DNA from: a virus
Strand: one strand, 5' to 3'
Virus record (IMG/VR): IMGVR_UViG_3300047554_000685
Location: 15,363-79,362 of that record
DNA: 64,000 bases
Shown here: positions 47,193 through 57,743 of the stretch, piece after piece
Layout: every line of letters starts with the position of its first letter
Position numbering within the stretch: the stretch's first letter is position 1
Translations under genes and position numbers: made by a program
The notes under the pieces: generated by a model
The model's database searches: none
Seen by the model: only the letters and a program-made list of their open reading frames with translations
What the model was told of the DNA's origin: nothing

Positions 47193-50100
47193 ACCCCTAC
47201 TAAACGCATATTTAGCCGTAAGCCTAGCTTTTCTTTTCCCCCTAGCAGCAGGCTCTACTATTTCATATGCCTCGGTTGACCCTGCCCAGCAGGTTGCCGA
47301 TCTCCAGCAGGATCTACAGACATACACTCAGCAATACTCAACCTATACAGGGCACTACCAGACCTATGCCCCCGAAAGAATAAACGAACTAAATGACTTT
47401 GCATCAGCATTAACCCCATTCTCTTCGGCCGTATCCAGCGCAAGTTCAGCACTACAGAACCACTACACTGCTTTATCAGCCCTTCAGGTTGCACAGGCAA
47501 ATGTAGATGCAGTACCAGGGCAGATCGCTACAGCTCAGGCTTCGTTAGAAGTTGCACAAACAAACTATGACACAGCGTCTGCCTCTTTAGCTGCTTTACA
47601 ACCGAGTTACTCAGAAGCTTTGTCAGCTAGAGACACTGCCTACACTAACTACCTATCAACCGTTGTCAACTCAAGCATTATTGAAAACTTTGACGGAAAC
47701 CAAATTACCTCAGGAATTCAGTTTCTACTAAACGGAACTACCGGATTAGTTTCAAATACTGGCAACCCGATGATCACCAGTCAGCGAATTTATGTAAATG
47801 GGAATGGTGCAAATCTACACATTATTCCGCCAGTCAATTCTTCTCCAACAGCTCTCGGCTTCGAGACATATGCACGCAATGGCGATCAAACCATCACTGT
47901 TACTTTCACCGACAACACCACTGCTACTTTTATCAACCCTAATGGTGTTGGTAACTCCAACTGCCCAAATTACTACTGCAATGTTTCCTATACTGCACCA
48001 ACAGGCAAAATAATTAAGTCCTATATCATTCCAGGCGACTTTGACATTCTCTACCTAGACAAGTTTACATTCACTAGTAACTCTTACGATGTAACCGCAC
48101 AGCAAACTTATCTAGATGCGCAAGCAGCTTTAGATGCTTTGACCCCAAACTACACTGCAGCAACCAATGCAGTAAGTTCAACAAGTGCTACACTCGCGAG
48201 TTCTCAGCAAAATTATGACAATTTATCTGCTCCAAGCTACCTCCAGAATCTAGAAACGATCCGTGACAACGCACAGCAAGCTTCATCCGATGCTTCAACA
48301 ACCCTCATAGAAGCAATAAACACTGCTACAGTTGTAAAACAAGCAGTAGTAGCTGCTATTTCCGCCATTACTTTACCGCCTACCAGCCTAGAAGTTACCT
48401 CTACAGCCGATACCACCGACACAGGTACCCTCCGCTGGGCAATTACACAGGCTAACGCACAGGCTGGTGGCATCTACGATCTCATCACTATTAAGACAAC
48501 AGAGCCAATCGTTCTGACCGCAAACCTCCCGTTAATTACCCAGAACGTCACAATCACTTCTGCCAACCGAGCAACCTCGATTATTGATGGTAATGCTCTT
48601 TATACCGCATTTGATATGAGAGGCAGCTCCCTCACACTGAACCTATCTAATGTCACCATTCAGAACACCTTTGCATCCGACTGGCAACGCGGATCAGCTT
48701 TGTGGATTGTTCGTGGAACTGCCAATGTTAATAACGTTCACTTCCGCAACATTGCACAAGGAACTGCCGTAACAACTAAGGAAGGTGGTTCGTATATTAA
48801 TATTTCGAACTCACTTTTCACGAACAACAATCAAGGTGTTTTTTCTAACTATGGTGGAACACCAAGCGTAACCTCTGCCTTAGACACCGCTTACGACAAC
48901 CGCATCACTATTACAGGCACAACCTTCAGCAACAACTCAACCGCCATCTACGGCGAGCGTACGGTTCTAGTTGATAACTCAACCTTCAACTCAAACGGTT
49001 ATGCATTCCGCATGCAGGGCATTAACAAACATCGAGTAACTAACTCAATCTTCAACGCTAACCAATACGCTATTTATACCAACTCATGGATCCCAACTAG
49101 CTGGACCTCCTTCTTTGCAGATCCACCACAGGGTCGTGTAATCCACAACAACACTTTCACCAACAACGTAAACAAGGTAATCACCCTAGATGACCGCAAT
49201 AACGATGGTAAGTCCAACCAAAGAGGTGCGTCTATTCAAGGCAACACTTGGGACGGCAAGGGTGGCACGTTTGTTGAGTACAACCACTTTGACACCACAA
49301 ACAATGTAAATAACTACTATGCAATTAACCTTACAAACTTTAACGAACAGATTACCCATCCATTTGCGTATGCTAATAATTTAGAAGTTTCGCCAAAGAT
49401 TGCAGCCCCAACTAATGTACAAGCAACCACCCACCAAGATGGTTCCGTAACCCTAACTTGGAACGCATCAGTAACTCAGAACACTCAAGTAGAGCGATAC
49501 GCAGTATTCTTCACCACTGGTGATCACACGGGATGGGCAGTAGCTGCCACTTCTACTTCAATTAATCTTCCGGCTCAGATTTTTGCATCAACCGGAGGAA
49601 GAGGTTTAACCTATACCTTCAAGATCCGCGGTGACATTGACAGCATCGCGCTCTATTCAGAGTTCTCTACTACAGTTACTGCAAACATCTCATCCCCTGC
49701 TCCAACAGGGTTGTATTCAATCACTGAGGGCCAGTCTCTCCTAATTAATGCAATTCAAGGCCACACATTTCAATCGGTAACCGCTTGGTATGGAAACCCA
49801 GAAGATGCTTCCTGCGGTCTAGATGTTTCTCAGCAGATAACTCAGATCTTCGCAGGAACTACATCAGTAATTGCCCTATCTGATAACAGCATTGCTGGGG
49901 ATACCTGCCCTGGCGTAGTCAAGGTTTTAGTTATTCAGAATTTTACTTATGCCCCGATTCCAGTAGTAGTTCCACCAACCCCAGAACCAACGCCTGAACC
50001 AACCCCAACCCCAACGCCACAGCCAACGCCTGAACCAAGTCCAGCCCCATCACCGGAGCCAACCCCATCACCGGAACCGACACCAACCCCAAGCCCAACG

Positions 50101-50820
50101 CCAACTCCCGAACCTGAACCAACCCCGACACCAACACCAACCCCGACACCAACACCAACCCCAGAACCAACACCTGAACCTACTCCCGTACCTGAGCCAG
50201 AGCCCACACCAGTAGACCCAGAACCAACACCAGAGCCGGAACCAACCCCAGAACCAGAGCCGTCACCAGAACCGGAAGAAACAGCAAAGCCAGAAGAACC
50301 TGTAGTAGAGCCTGAAGAAGAACCTTCACCTGAACCAACTCCTTCCGAGGAGCCTGAAGCGCCTACAGAAGAAGATCCTATCACTTCTGTTGGAGACTTG
50401 CCAGAAAAGATTACAGCTGAAGTTATTTTGTCTATTGCACTAGACAAAATTGTCCCAACTGATCTAACAGCAGCTCAGGCAGAAGAGATTAAGGAAGCAG
50501 CTTTAGAAATCTTCAAGACTGCTAAAGCTGGCTCACCAGAGTACGAGCAAGCACTTGATGCTCTTATGGTTGCCGCTCAAGCTGACGACATTGTTGTGCC
50601 AGAAGATCTTGCAAGTATCCCAGGTATTGGTGCTGCCGCGGTTGCAGTTGCCGAAATTCTAAACCTTTTGTCTAACGTCGGTGCTGACATGAGCCCTCAG
50701 GTTCGTGAAGATGCACAGAAGGCAACCGTAGCCGCGGTTATCGTTGGTCAAATCGCTGGAGCAGCAATCGCTGCAACCGCATCAGCCGCTCCTGCCGGAG
50801 CTTCACGAAGGATCAAATAA
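47170..50820 (+). CDS. Large exported protein: coiled coil, right-handed beta-helix, FN3-like and lectin-like domains, Pro/Thr/Glu repeat stalk, C-terminal hydrophobic segment
   Basis: Signal peptide from ATG 47170; GTLRWAI..AN beta-helix lead-in; APTNV...VTLTW FN3; YGNP...GDTCPG..K.L lectin-like; (PT/PE)n at about 49970-50350. Confidence 0.75.
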   Translation: MRLNLRNRPLLNAYLAVSLAFLFPLAAGSTISYASVDPAQQVADLQQDLQTYTQQYSTYTGHYQTYAPERINELNDFASALTPFSSAVSSASSALQNHYTALSALQVAQANVDAVPGQIATAQASLEVAQTNYDTASASLAALQPSYSEALSARDTAYTNYLSTVVNSSIIENFDGNQITSGIQFLLNGTTGLVSNTGNPMITSQRIYVNGNGANLHIIPPVNSSPTALGFETYARNGDQTITVTFTDNTTATFINPNGVGNSNCPNYYCNVSYTAPTGKIIKSYIIPGDFDILYLDKFTFTSNSYDVTAQQTYLDAQAALDALTPNYTAATNAVSSTSATLASSQQNYDNLSAPSYLQNLETIRDNAQQASSDASTTLIEAINTATVVKQAVVAAISAITLPPTSLEVTSTADTTDTGTLRWAITQANAQAGGIYDLITIKTTEPIVLTANLPLITQNVTITSANRATSIIDGNALYTAFDMRGSSLTLNLSNVTIQNTFASDWQRGSALWIVRGTANVNNVHFRNIAQGTAVTTKEGGSYINISNSLFTNNNQGVFSNYGGTPSVTSALDTAYDNRITITGTTFSNNSTAIYGERTVLVDNSTFNSNGYAFRMQGINKHRVTNSIFNANQYAIYTNSWIPTSWTSFFADPPQGRVIHNNTFTNNVNKVITLDDRNNDGKSNQRGASIQGNTWDGKGGTFVEYNHFDTTNNVNNYYAINLTNFNEQITHPFAYANNLEVSPKIAAPTNVQATTHQDGSVTLTWNASVTQNTQVERYAVFFTTGDHTGWAVAATSTSINLPAQIFASTGGRGLTYTFKIRGDIDSIALYSEFSTTVTANISSPAPTGLYSITEGQSLLINAIQGHTFQSVTAWYGNPEDASCGLDVSQQITQIFAGTTSVIALSDNSIAGDTCPGVVKVLVIQNFTYAPIPVVVPPTPEPTPEPTPTPTPQPTPEPSPAPSPEPTPSPEPTPTPSPTPTPEPEPTPTPTPTPTPTPTPEPTPEPTPVPEPEPTPVDPEPTPEPEPTPEPEPSPEPEETAKPEEPVVEPEEEPSPEPTPSEEPEAPTEEDPITSVGDLPEKITAEVILSIALDKIVPTDLTAAQAEEIKEAALEIFKTAKAGSPEYEQALDALMVAAQADDIVVPEDLASIPGIGAAAVAVAEILNLLSNVGADMSPQVREDAQKATVAAVIVGQIAGAAIAATASAAPAGASRRIK
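49970..50350 (+). repeat. Coding low-complexity repeat (PT/PE/PS)n
   Basis: ccaacc/ccagaa-type hexamer repeats. Confidence 0.9.
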
Positions 50821-51233
50821 TGTACGAATACAGAGTCAAGTCTGTCCTCGGCGTTGTTGACGGGGATACTATCGACGTTGACATTGACTTAGGCTTTGAC
50901 ATTTCAATCACCAAGCGCGTCCGCCTTGCGGGCATCGACACCCCAGAGTCACGCACTTCTAACAAAGCAGAAAAAGCGCTCGGGCTTGAAGTTAAGGATC
51001 TTCTTAAGAAGAAACTTAAAGAAGCAACAACCGTTGTGATCAGAACAGAAAAACCAGACTCATCCGAGAAATACGGACGAGTTCTTGGTTGGTTGTTTAT
51101 TGACGGTGCAGAGAAGTCTTTCAACGAAACCATGATTGCCTCAGGCTACGCGTGGGAGTACATGGGAGAAACCAAGATCAAGGACTTTGATCTTTTGAAA
51201 CAACGCCGAGCAGTAGCTCAAACAAACAAGTAA
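50820..51233 (+). CDS. Thermonuclease (SNase-like)
   Basis: VVDGDTID, RVRLAGIDTPE, KYGRVL. Confidence 0.92.
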   Translation: MYEYRVKSVLGVVDGDTIDVDIDLGFDISITKRVRLAGIDTPESRTSNKAEKALGLEVKDLLKKKLKEATTVVIRTEKPDSSEKYGRVLGWLFIDGAEKSFNETMIASGYAWEYMGETKIKDFDLLKQRRAVAQTNK

Positions 51234-51236
51234 GGA

Positions 51237-51503
51237 ATGGAAATGAAGCACTTTATCAAGGCTCTCTTTCAGGACCTAGTTGACCAAGCTTGGACTCTTC
51301 TCGGTCTTGGTACTGCATGGGTTCTTCTCGAGGGTTCAGCCCGCGAACTAGTAGGAAACATGATTCTAATTACCCTCAGCATCTGGGTTATTACTTTTCC
51401 TATCTTCCGCTACGAAAAGCCAGAAAAGGAACCACGCGATGGCGATAAAGACGGGAACGTTTATGACGGAACCGCAGCCGAACGTAAGGCTAAAAAGGGT
51501 TAA
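51237..51503 (+). CDS. Small membrane protein
   Basis: Two hydrophobic segments; WTLLG motif. Confidence 0.65.
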   Translation: MEMKHFIKALFQDLVDQAWTLLGLGTAWVLLEGSARELVGNMILITLSIWVITFPIFRYEKPEKEPRDGDKDGNVYDGTAAERKAKKG

Positions 51504-51678
51504 CAGTGTTCCCCTGCGGATGCTCCGAGCCTCATAGCCACGAATCTTGGATCGCAGCGCATTACGAATTAGGTCGCGTCGAAAGCGTCGAAGGTCTCAA
51601 AGACTGGCGCTCTCGGCGCGATTTTATTTGCAATTTCATGCACAAATGGGATATAGCTAAAGCTGATAAAATTAAGCC

Positions 51679-51942
51679 ATGAAGAGGCTTTTCTCGTACA
51701 TTCGGTTCTATTTCGAGCCTAATGAGAAAGAGCTAGGTAGGGAGGCCTATCTAGCAGCTAAGACCTACTACGCCCTCAGACCGCTACGCAATCCTTCAAA
51801 TATGTTCCCGAGGGTTGCAGAGTACAACCGAAGACGGGAAGACTTCGTAGCTTTCCAAAGAGGATACAAAAACAACTACCGCCACAGCTACGCTATGGCA
51901 AAACTAAAGGATATGACATGGCAAAAGCACAGTTCCCACTAG
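51679..51942 (+). CDS. Hypothetical basic protein
   Basis: TAAAAT motif 7 nt upstream of ATG. Confidence 0.55.
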   Translation: MKRLFSYIRFYFEPNEKELGREAYLAAKTYYALRPLRNPSNMFPRVAEYNRRREDFVAFQRGYKNNYRHSYAMAKLKDMTWQKHSSH

Positions 51943-52793
51943 ACGGGAAGCTTGGAAAAGACTGGAAGATCACCAGCGAAATGGGCTGGAGAATTCACCC
52001 AGTTCAGAAGACAAAGAAGCACCACAATGGTGCAGACATCATCGGCCTAGGCAAGGGCCCGTTTTACATCGAAGCACCTTACGCAGGTAAGGTTCTCAAG
52101 GCTACTAAGTCGACCGCACCAGGTGGAGGCTTCGGAAACTACGTAGTTGTGTACCACAAGATCAATGGTAAGCACTACACAACTCTTTATGCACACATGA
52201 AGGATGGCTCGATCAAGGTTAAGCCAGGTCAGAAGATTGAAGCCGGAACAGTCCTAGGAATTATGGGCACTACTGGTATGTCTACTGGTGTCCACCTCCA
52301 CTGGGAGATGTGGGCTGGAAAGACTCACGGTTGGTCAGCAGACGGCAAGGGCTTCGTCAACGCAGTTAAGTTTTTCAAGGCACTTATCGCACAAGAAGCA
52401 GAGATTGCTGCAGCACCAGCTTCTACCCCAGAAGATGCTCCCACCGCAGATGCGCCAGAGCATACTGAACAGTTTGCAGCTAAGGTGCAGGAAAAGTATG
52501 AAGCAGAAAAGGCAGCTAATAAGACTCCAGCTCCAGTAACTCCTGCCCCAGTCGCAACACCTGTTGTAAAGAAAGCACCGCTAGCTCCAGCAAAGCCAGC
52601 ACTAACCGGAGAACTCAAGAAGGGTTCTAAGGGAGCAGCGGTCAAATACCTACAAACGAAGTTAGCCGTACAGGGAGATCAGCTAGGCGTATTTGGTGAA
52701 AATACCCATAAAGCAGTAGCGGCACTCCAGAAGAAGAGCGGACTCAAGTCAGACGGAATTGTTGGTCCACTGACTTGGAAAGCTCTAGGCTAA
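51918..52793 (+). CDS. Endolysin: M23 peptidase + PG-binding domain
   Basis: HNGAD, YAHM, GVHLHWE; LKKGSKG..VKYLQ...DGIVGPLTWKAL. Confidence 0.9.
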   Translation: MAKAQFPLDGKLGKDWKITSEMGWRIHPVQKTKKHHNGADIIGLGKGPFYIEAPYAGKVLKATKSTAPGGGFGNYVVVYHKINGKHYTTLYAHMKDGSIKVKPGQKIEAGTVLGIMGTTGMSTGVHLHWEMWAGKTHGWSADGKGFVNAVKFFKALIAQEAEIAAAPASTPEDAPTADAPEHTEQFAAKVQEKYEAEKAANKTPAPVTPAPVATPVVKKAPLAPAKPALTGELKKGSKGAAVKYLQTKLAVQGDQLGVFGENTHKAVAALQKKSGLKSDGIVGPLTWKALG

Positions 52794-52805
52794 CTACCCC
52801 CAACA

Positions 52806-52846
52806 AGAAATCCCCCTCGGTTTACGTAGCCGGGGGGATTTTCTTT
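52806..52846. terminator. Bidirectional intrinsic terminator
   Basis: AAATCCCCCTCGG...CCGGGGGGATTT hairpin flanked by A/T tracts between convergent genes. Confidence 0.8.
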
Positions 52847-53145
52847 TAGAACTTATTGTCCTCGTCATCACCAAAATCATCTTCATCATCTAACAACCCA
52901 CGCTCGTCCATCTGCTCAAGATTAATACGGATCGCGTCTACGATGTTTTGGAAAGAAGTGTTGAGCCTAACAATATCTTTATCTCGAGCATGCATCTCAA
53001 TCATCTCAGCCTTGTAAATAAGGCGAGCCATTTTCTTTTGGTCAGACTCATCTAGGTTTTTGAAGATTGGATTGTTTAGAATCATGATAATAATGTTTGA
53101 CATATGGCGCTGTTTTTGAATTTTCCTCAGCTGTCGTTCTCGCAT
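52846..53145 (-). CDS. Hypothetical protein
   Basis: ORF with purine-rich upstream sequence. Confidence 0.6.
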   Translation of the reverse strand: MRERQLRKIQKQRHMSNIIIMILNNPIFKNLDESDQKKMARLIYKAEMIEMHARDKDIVRLNTSFQNIVDAIRINLEQMDERGLLDDEDDFGDDEDNKF

Positions 53146-53615
53146 TATTATCTCTTTCTCTAGGCCTAAAAACTATTATTAGTATAGTCTTTAAACCTTG
53201 AATTTAACTAATCAAGTTTGAAGTTTAACACCATCAGATTTCCGTCTTTCCAATAAAAATAGACATTATCTGGCTTGCTATAGTTTATTTGCCCAGCTTT
53301 TACCAAGAAATCAAGCACCTCTCTTGCAGTAGTTACAGGGGTGTTTTCATTATTATCTTGTACTGACATTACCTACAATTATAGCAAATCCTCGGAATCT
53401 AAATAAGCCATATCATTAGCCAGCATTAGAAAGGTAAACTCAATCTTTGTTGTCAGATCTTCAATTTCTTGCTTTCCCCTGATTAACTTGCTATCAATGT
53501 TTTTTAGTCGATACAAAAAGTCGTCCATTTCGTTGTTTTCCTCCATTTAAGCCTCCCTTATTGACTTGATTTTGATTAGATTATAATCATAGTACCCAAA
53601 AGAAAGAAAATCAAA

Positions 53616-54173
53616 TTGGCTCAAGAGCGAACATTTCACATAATTGAAGATTTCATGTCTCCCGAAGAGTGTGAATATTTTTTAAAAATTACGTTAGATA
53701 ATGCAGGAGATGACCCAAAACCCAACTTTAGGGGATTAGGACTATTTGATAAGCCAACCTTAGATAAAGACCACTATCCATACCATTTAGATCCAGACAA
53801 GAGATTAATTAAATTAGTAGATAAGGTCCGCGAGTACTACGAAACAACTCACGAAATGTATGGAGAGTTTGTTTTTAGTCGCATCTTTGGAAATGTCATG
53901 GAGACCGGAGCCATCTTACATTCACACAAGGATGAAGACCCAGGGCCTACCGGAGAGTTTGACGGAAAGAAAAGATCTCACGTATGTAGCATTCTTTTGA
54001 ATGACGACTACGAGGGCGGGGAGTTGCTTTTTGACGACCAAGGAGCTCAAGTTAAACCCAAACCCGGCAGCTTAGTTCTTTTCCCCGGTTACTACGTTTC
54101 TCACGGAGTAAATGAAATCACAAAAGGATCGCGCGTAAATCTCCTTATTTTTTTCTACGATATGCTTTCATAA
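53616..54173 (+). CDS. 2OG-Fe(II) oxygenase, third copy
   Basis: HKD...LNDDYEGGEL.F...HGV..I..G.R. Confidence 0.88.
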   Translation: MAQERTFHIIEDFMSPEECEYFLKITLDNAGDDPKPNFRGLGLFDKPTLDKDHYPYHLDPDKRLIKLVDKVREYYETTHEMYGEFVFSRIFGNVMETGAILHSHKDEDPGPTGEFDGKKRSHVCSILLNDDYEGGELLFDDQGAQVKPKPGSLVLFPGYYVSHGVNEITKGSRVNLLIFFYDMLS

Positions 54174-54174
54174 T

Positions 54175-54897
54175 ATGCAAAGAATAATATGGCAAACTCA
54201 CGAATGGGAGTATTCTGACCTGCCTAAAAATTTTTTAGCCACCTCTCTAACTTGGAAAAACATAAACCAAGAATGGGAATACCGCTATGTAAGTGCTGCC
54301 AACAGATCCTTGGACATTAAAAATTTTGATACTGAACTCTATAGACTCTACAGTTTTTGCTCGCCAATAACCCAAGCGGATATTTGGAGATACGTATGCC
54401 TATATAAAAACGGGGGCGTCTATGCTGATATGGATTCAATTTGTAATATGCCACTCGAATACCTTCTAGAGAAAGAGTATCAAGGAGAAGAGTTTATGGC
54501 AACGGAGAGGGATTCTAATGGTTATATAAATAATGCAAACTTTATGGTAGTAAAAAACAGCAAAATACTTAGCTCATTAATAGAGATTATCAAAGACAAA
54601 TATAGAAATACCAAGTACTATCCTCTTTTCAATGAAGCTACATCAAAGGATCATTTCTGGGATCTACTAAAAACCAGTCTAGCAATTTCACCCGTTGAAT
54701 ATACCCAAGCCCTTGATCTATATCCCAACTCTATAAACCTCAATTTTAAAGCTGCAATTCATGACGAAATGTTTAAAAAGTCTTTTAATATGGACTATCT
54801 GATTAATTATTACGGTACAAACACGTATTATTCAGAGTTAGTGAAAATTAATAATTGGACTACACATATCCCAAGATTTGAAAAATTTCCAAGATAG
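54175..54897 (+). CDS. Glycosyltransferase family 32 (DxD)
   Basis: IIWQT, ADIWRY..LY..GGVYADMD. Confidence 0.88.
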   Translation: MQRIIWQTHEWEYSDLPKNFLATSLTWKNINQEWEYRYVSAANRSLDIKNFDTELYRLYSFCSPITQADIWRYVCLYKNGGVYADMDSICNMPLEYLLEKEYQGEEFMATERDSNGYINNANFMVVKNSKILSSLIEIIKDKYRNTKYYPLFNEATSKDHFWDLLKTSLAISPVEYTQALDLYPNSINLNFKAAIHDEMFKKSFNMDYLINYYGTNTYYSELVKINNWTTHIPRFEKFPR

Positions 54898-54919
54898 TAA
54901 TTTATTACTAAAGTCTTTG

Positions 54920-55000
54920 TCTCGGCGGCGGGACTCGAACCCGCAAGCCTTGCGACGGCTGATTTTAAGTCAGCTGCGTATACCATTCCGCCACGCCGAG
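54920..55000 (-). tRNA. tRNA-Leu(TAA)
   Basis: Cloverleaf: acceptor CTCGGCG/CGCCGAG, anticodon arm GCTGA-CTTAAAA-TCAGC, long variable arm, GGTTCGAGTCC; no encoded CCA. Confidence 0.93.
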
Positions 55001-55077
55001 TGGTCGAGACTGTGGGACTTGAACCCACGACGACCGAATTATGAGTTCGGGGCTCTAACCAGCTGAGCTAAGTCTCG
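55001..55077 (-). tRNA. tRNA with CAT anticodon (Ile2 or elongator Met)
   Basis: Acceptor CGAGACT/AGTCTCG, arm CCGAA-CTCATAA-TTCGG, GGTTCAAGTCC, encoded CCA; abuts tRNA-Leu with no spacer. Confidence 0.92.
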
Positions 55078-55083
55078 TATATA

Positions 55084-55488
55084 TTATTTAGATTTCCTCA
55101 TGGAGATTCCAGCACGTTGCATTCTAACCCGCTCCGCATTTGCAGCTCGGCACAAATCGCAACGACAACCACGAGCTTTATACATTCCATACTCACCATG
55201 CTGAAGATTACGTTTTTCCATACGCTCTCTAATTGTTTTTTCTTTATGACAATCGTGACAGAGGAGCTGCATGTTTACAATTTCAGCCAAAATAATTTCT
55301 TCTTTTCTAGACCATAACCTAGTTGGATTCATTGTTTTTTTACTTGGATCAATGTGATCAAACTCTAATCGGTCCACTGACTCGCAGACCACACACTTAC
55401 CACCAAGATGAATAATATATTTGTCTCGAATTCCAGTAACCCATTTAAGCTGAGAAGCGCGTTGTTTGTCTTTATCTTTGTATCCCAT
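55084..55488 (-). CDS. HNH endonuclease
   Basis: CVVC...LEFDHIDP...LLCHDCH; C-terminal HG...Y...CRC..CR.AN. Confidence 0.88.
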   Translation of the reverse strand: MGYKDKDKQRASQLKWVTGIRDKYIIHLGGKCVVCESVDRLEFDHIDPSKKTMNPTRLWSRKEEIILAEIVNMQLLCHDCHKEKTIRERMEKRNLQHGEYGMYKARGCRCDLCRAANAERVRMQRAGISMRKSK

Positions 55489-56450
55489 TAGTCAAGCTCC
55501 AAATCCTGAGTAAGCAAGGTCAAAGCCAAAACGGCCTGTTGCGGGCAAACCCCGTTTCCAGCGAGTTTCAATTCTGCAGTGCGTGACAAACCATGACCCG
55601 TAATAAATCCGTCTGGGAGCCCCATCATCCATTCCGTCAGCTTCGAGCTGAGCCTATGTGTACCATTTTTACCACTAGCTTCAGTGGGTGCAGGCGCTGG
55701 GCGTCCAGTAACTCGCTCCCAACGGCGAATAGCAGGCTCGAACTTACCCCACGAAATGTCGGTAACTTCACCACTATTAATTACAGCACGGGCAACAGTG
55801 TCAACTTGAACAATACCGTCGCGCTCATGTGGAACAGTTCCATCCTTGTGATCACGAGTAGTTGGAGTTGGTAGGTTGTTAATTACTTCAGCTTGGTCTT
55901 CTAGACGAGATTTGGGTGCACCACTTGCAACTTGTACAGAGCTAGATCCATTGGCAGAGCTAGTCCTAGGTGTTCCCAAAAGATAAGGGATATCACGAAG
56001 TGCAGGGCCGTATCCAGCACCACTCTTCTTACGATCATCTGGGTGCATAGCTCCAGCACGATCCATCACCATCGGAGTAGGCAGCTTAGCAATAGCATCT
56101 GGAACAGGTAGCCCATTTTCATAAGCCAACTGAGCCATCTGGTCACGAACCATAAGCATACGATTCTTAGCGCGTGCTACATCTTCACGAATAGCACCGC
56201 CCTCTCCCTCAATTGCTGAAGGAGTACGAAGCATTGATTCTTCAGGAATTTCGTCTAATTGCGAGGATGAATACTCGGAACCGTTCATGAGGAGCGCCCG
56301 CGGCGGAAGCTGGTACGCCTTGCCATCTTGCGTCATACCCGAGCTCGGCCAAGTCGCCGAGTACAGCACCCATGGCCCTAAGAGCTGGTTCTCCTGATTT
56401 CGCAACCATATACTCTTCTCCGAGTTCCACGTCGCTATATGCTTTTCCAC
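55488..56450 (-). CDS. C5 cytosine methyltransferase, C-terminal part (variable region + motifs IX-X)
   Basis: Four L.TP repeats; RLS....EWMMGLP.G and LKLAGNGV.PQ.A; true start uncertain. Confidence 0.8.
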   Translation of the reverse strand: MEKHIATWNSEKSIWLRNQENQLLGPWVLYSATWPSSGMTQDGKAYQLPPRALLMNGSEYSSSQLDEIPEESMLRTPSAIEGEGGAIREDVARAKNRMLMVRDQMAQLAYENGLPVPDAIAKLPTPMVMDRAGAMHPDDRKKSGAGYGPALRDIPYLLGTPRTSSANGSSSVQVASGAPKSRLEDQAEVINNLPTPTTRDHKDGTVPHERDGIVQVDTVARAVINSGEVTDISWGKFEPAIRRWERVTGRPAPAPTEASGKNGTHRLSSKLTEWMMGLPDGFITGHGLSRTAELKLAGNGVCPQQAVLALTLLTQDLELD

Positions 56451-56808
56451 TCAACAACCCTCTTACGTTTTCAATTACTACATATTTAGGAGACAAAATT
56501 CGAATCGCCTCAGCGAACTCTGACCATAGTCCTGATCGAGTTCCATCTTTTAATCCAGCGCGACCACCAGCCAGGCTGAGGTCCTGACACGGAAATCCAC
56601 CACAAAGAACATCCACTGGTTCGACGGACTTCCAGTCCACCTTGGATACATCTCGATAGTTAGGGACTCCAGGGAAGTTAGCTGCTAAAACCTTTGATGG
56701 AGCATCTTCCCATTCACAGTGCCAGACAACATCTCCGTTGAATACCTGAGATACTGCCATGTCTAGGCCACCATAGCCACTAAACAAGGAACCGATTTTT
56801 AAAGTCAT
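56242..56808 (-). CDS. C5 cytosine methyltransferase, N-terminal catalytic part (motifs I-VIII)
   Basis: SLFSGYGG, GGFPCQDLS, IENV, GAPH.R.RVF. Confidence 0.92.
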   Translation of the reverse strand: MTLKIGSLFSGYGGLDMAVSQVFNGDVVWHCEWEDAPSKVLAANFPGVPNYRDVSKVDWKSVEPVDVLCGGFPCQDLSLAGGRAGLKDGTRSGLWSEFAEAIRILSPKYVVIENVRGLLSGKAYSDVELGEEYMVAKSGEPALRAMGAVLGDLAELGYDARWQGVPASAAGAPHERFRVFILAIRRNS

Positions 56809-56826
56809 AAGCTATACCCTAGCAGA

Positions 56827-57150
56827 CTACTGAAGAATAAATCCAGCAGGGTTGCGAGAGTGCTTCTTTGCCAACTTATACAAAGCAACACTTTGCTCAT
56901 CTGCCGTGTCATCGTGTACTGCAAGTAACCCAATCGAACTCCACGGGACAAAGTAAAACTCCGGGTCAGCCGGAATAATCATTAGACCAAGACCACTTGC
57001 ATTTTCATAAAGAACTAGCCCTTCTTTAATGTATCCGGTATAGCCTTCTTTATATTCAAACTCAACATTACGACCAACCAGACTCTCGCTCGAGATCTGG
57101 GCAGAGACTGCCTTGATGATTTCTAAGGCACGTTCATTTACGCTTTCCAT
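56827..57150 (-). CDS. Hypothetical protein
   Basis: GAAAGGA RBS; divergent promoter region. Confidence 0.65.
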   Translation of the reverse strand: MESVNERALEIIKAVSAQISSESLVGRNVEFEYKEGYTGYIKEGLVLYENASGLGLMIIPADPEFYFVPWSSIGLLAVHDDTADEQSVALYKLAKKHSRNPAGFILQ

Positions 57151-57224
57151 GTAGATCCTTTCATTAGGTTTTCATACTACTGAATTAGTTTGCATTTTGC
57201 AACATAGTCCTATAGAGTACTTGT

Positions 57225-57743
57225 ATGACTACAAATGACGATATCCGAGAAGCTCACTACAAAGAGCAGCTCGAAGGGGCCCAGGCTCAGGCTAAAGACA
57301 TCAGTGACACTATTGCCGAAGTCTTCATCGAAAATGGTGAAATGCAGGCAGCGTTTGTCAATGACGACGCTACCTACAGCGTTGCTGACACGTATCTAGG
57401 TAAGCGGATGCCTTGGTTTAAAACAGGCGATGCCTTCTGGAACTACGTAGAAAAAGGTATGATTTTTGCAGATGAACATCTAGATTTTGATCATCCTTCA
57501 CTATGGATGGTTTCCCTTTCAAAACCAAACACTCTAATGTGCCCAGCTTGTGCGTATACATATGGAATGCAACACGCTAAAGACCACCCCGGGCTATGCG
57601 ATAACTGTGAAACCGATGGGCATCAAGAGTTTCAAGAGGTGCTAATTCGCGCAAATAACACTATTATTGTTGGTAATGTATGTAATGACTGTTCAGATAA
57701 GCATATTGCTTCTTTGAAGAAATTGGAGAATCAAAATGATTAA
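57225..57743 (+). CDS. Cys-rich hypothetical protein
   Basis: Three CxxC pairs. Confidence 0.65.
   Translation: MTTNDDIREAHYKEQLEGAQAQAKDISDTIAEVFIENGEMQAAFVNDDATYSVADTYLGKRMPWFKTGDAFWNYVEKGMIFADEHLDFDHPSLWMVSLSKPNTLMCPACAYTYGMQHAKDHPGLCDNCETDGHQEFQEVLIRANNTIIVGNVCNDCSDKHIASLKKLENQND

Noticed and set aside
49943-50447. Gly/Val/Ser-rich minus-strand ORFs
   Set aside because: Antisense read-out of the PT/PE repeat.
51505-51640. GC-rich intergenic segment as ncRNA
   Set aside because: Could not establish a convincing fold or family by eye.
54828-55066. ORFs overlapping the tRNAs
   Set aside because: Fully explained by two tRNA cloverleaves.
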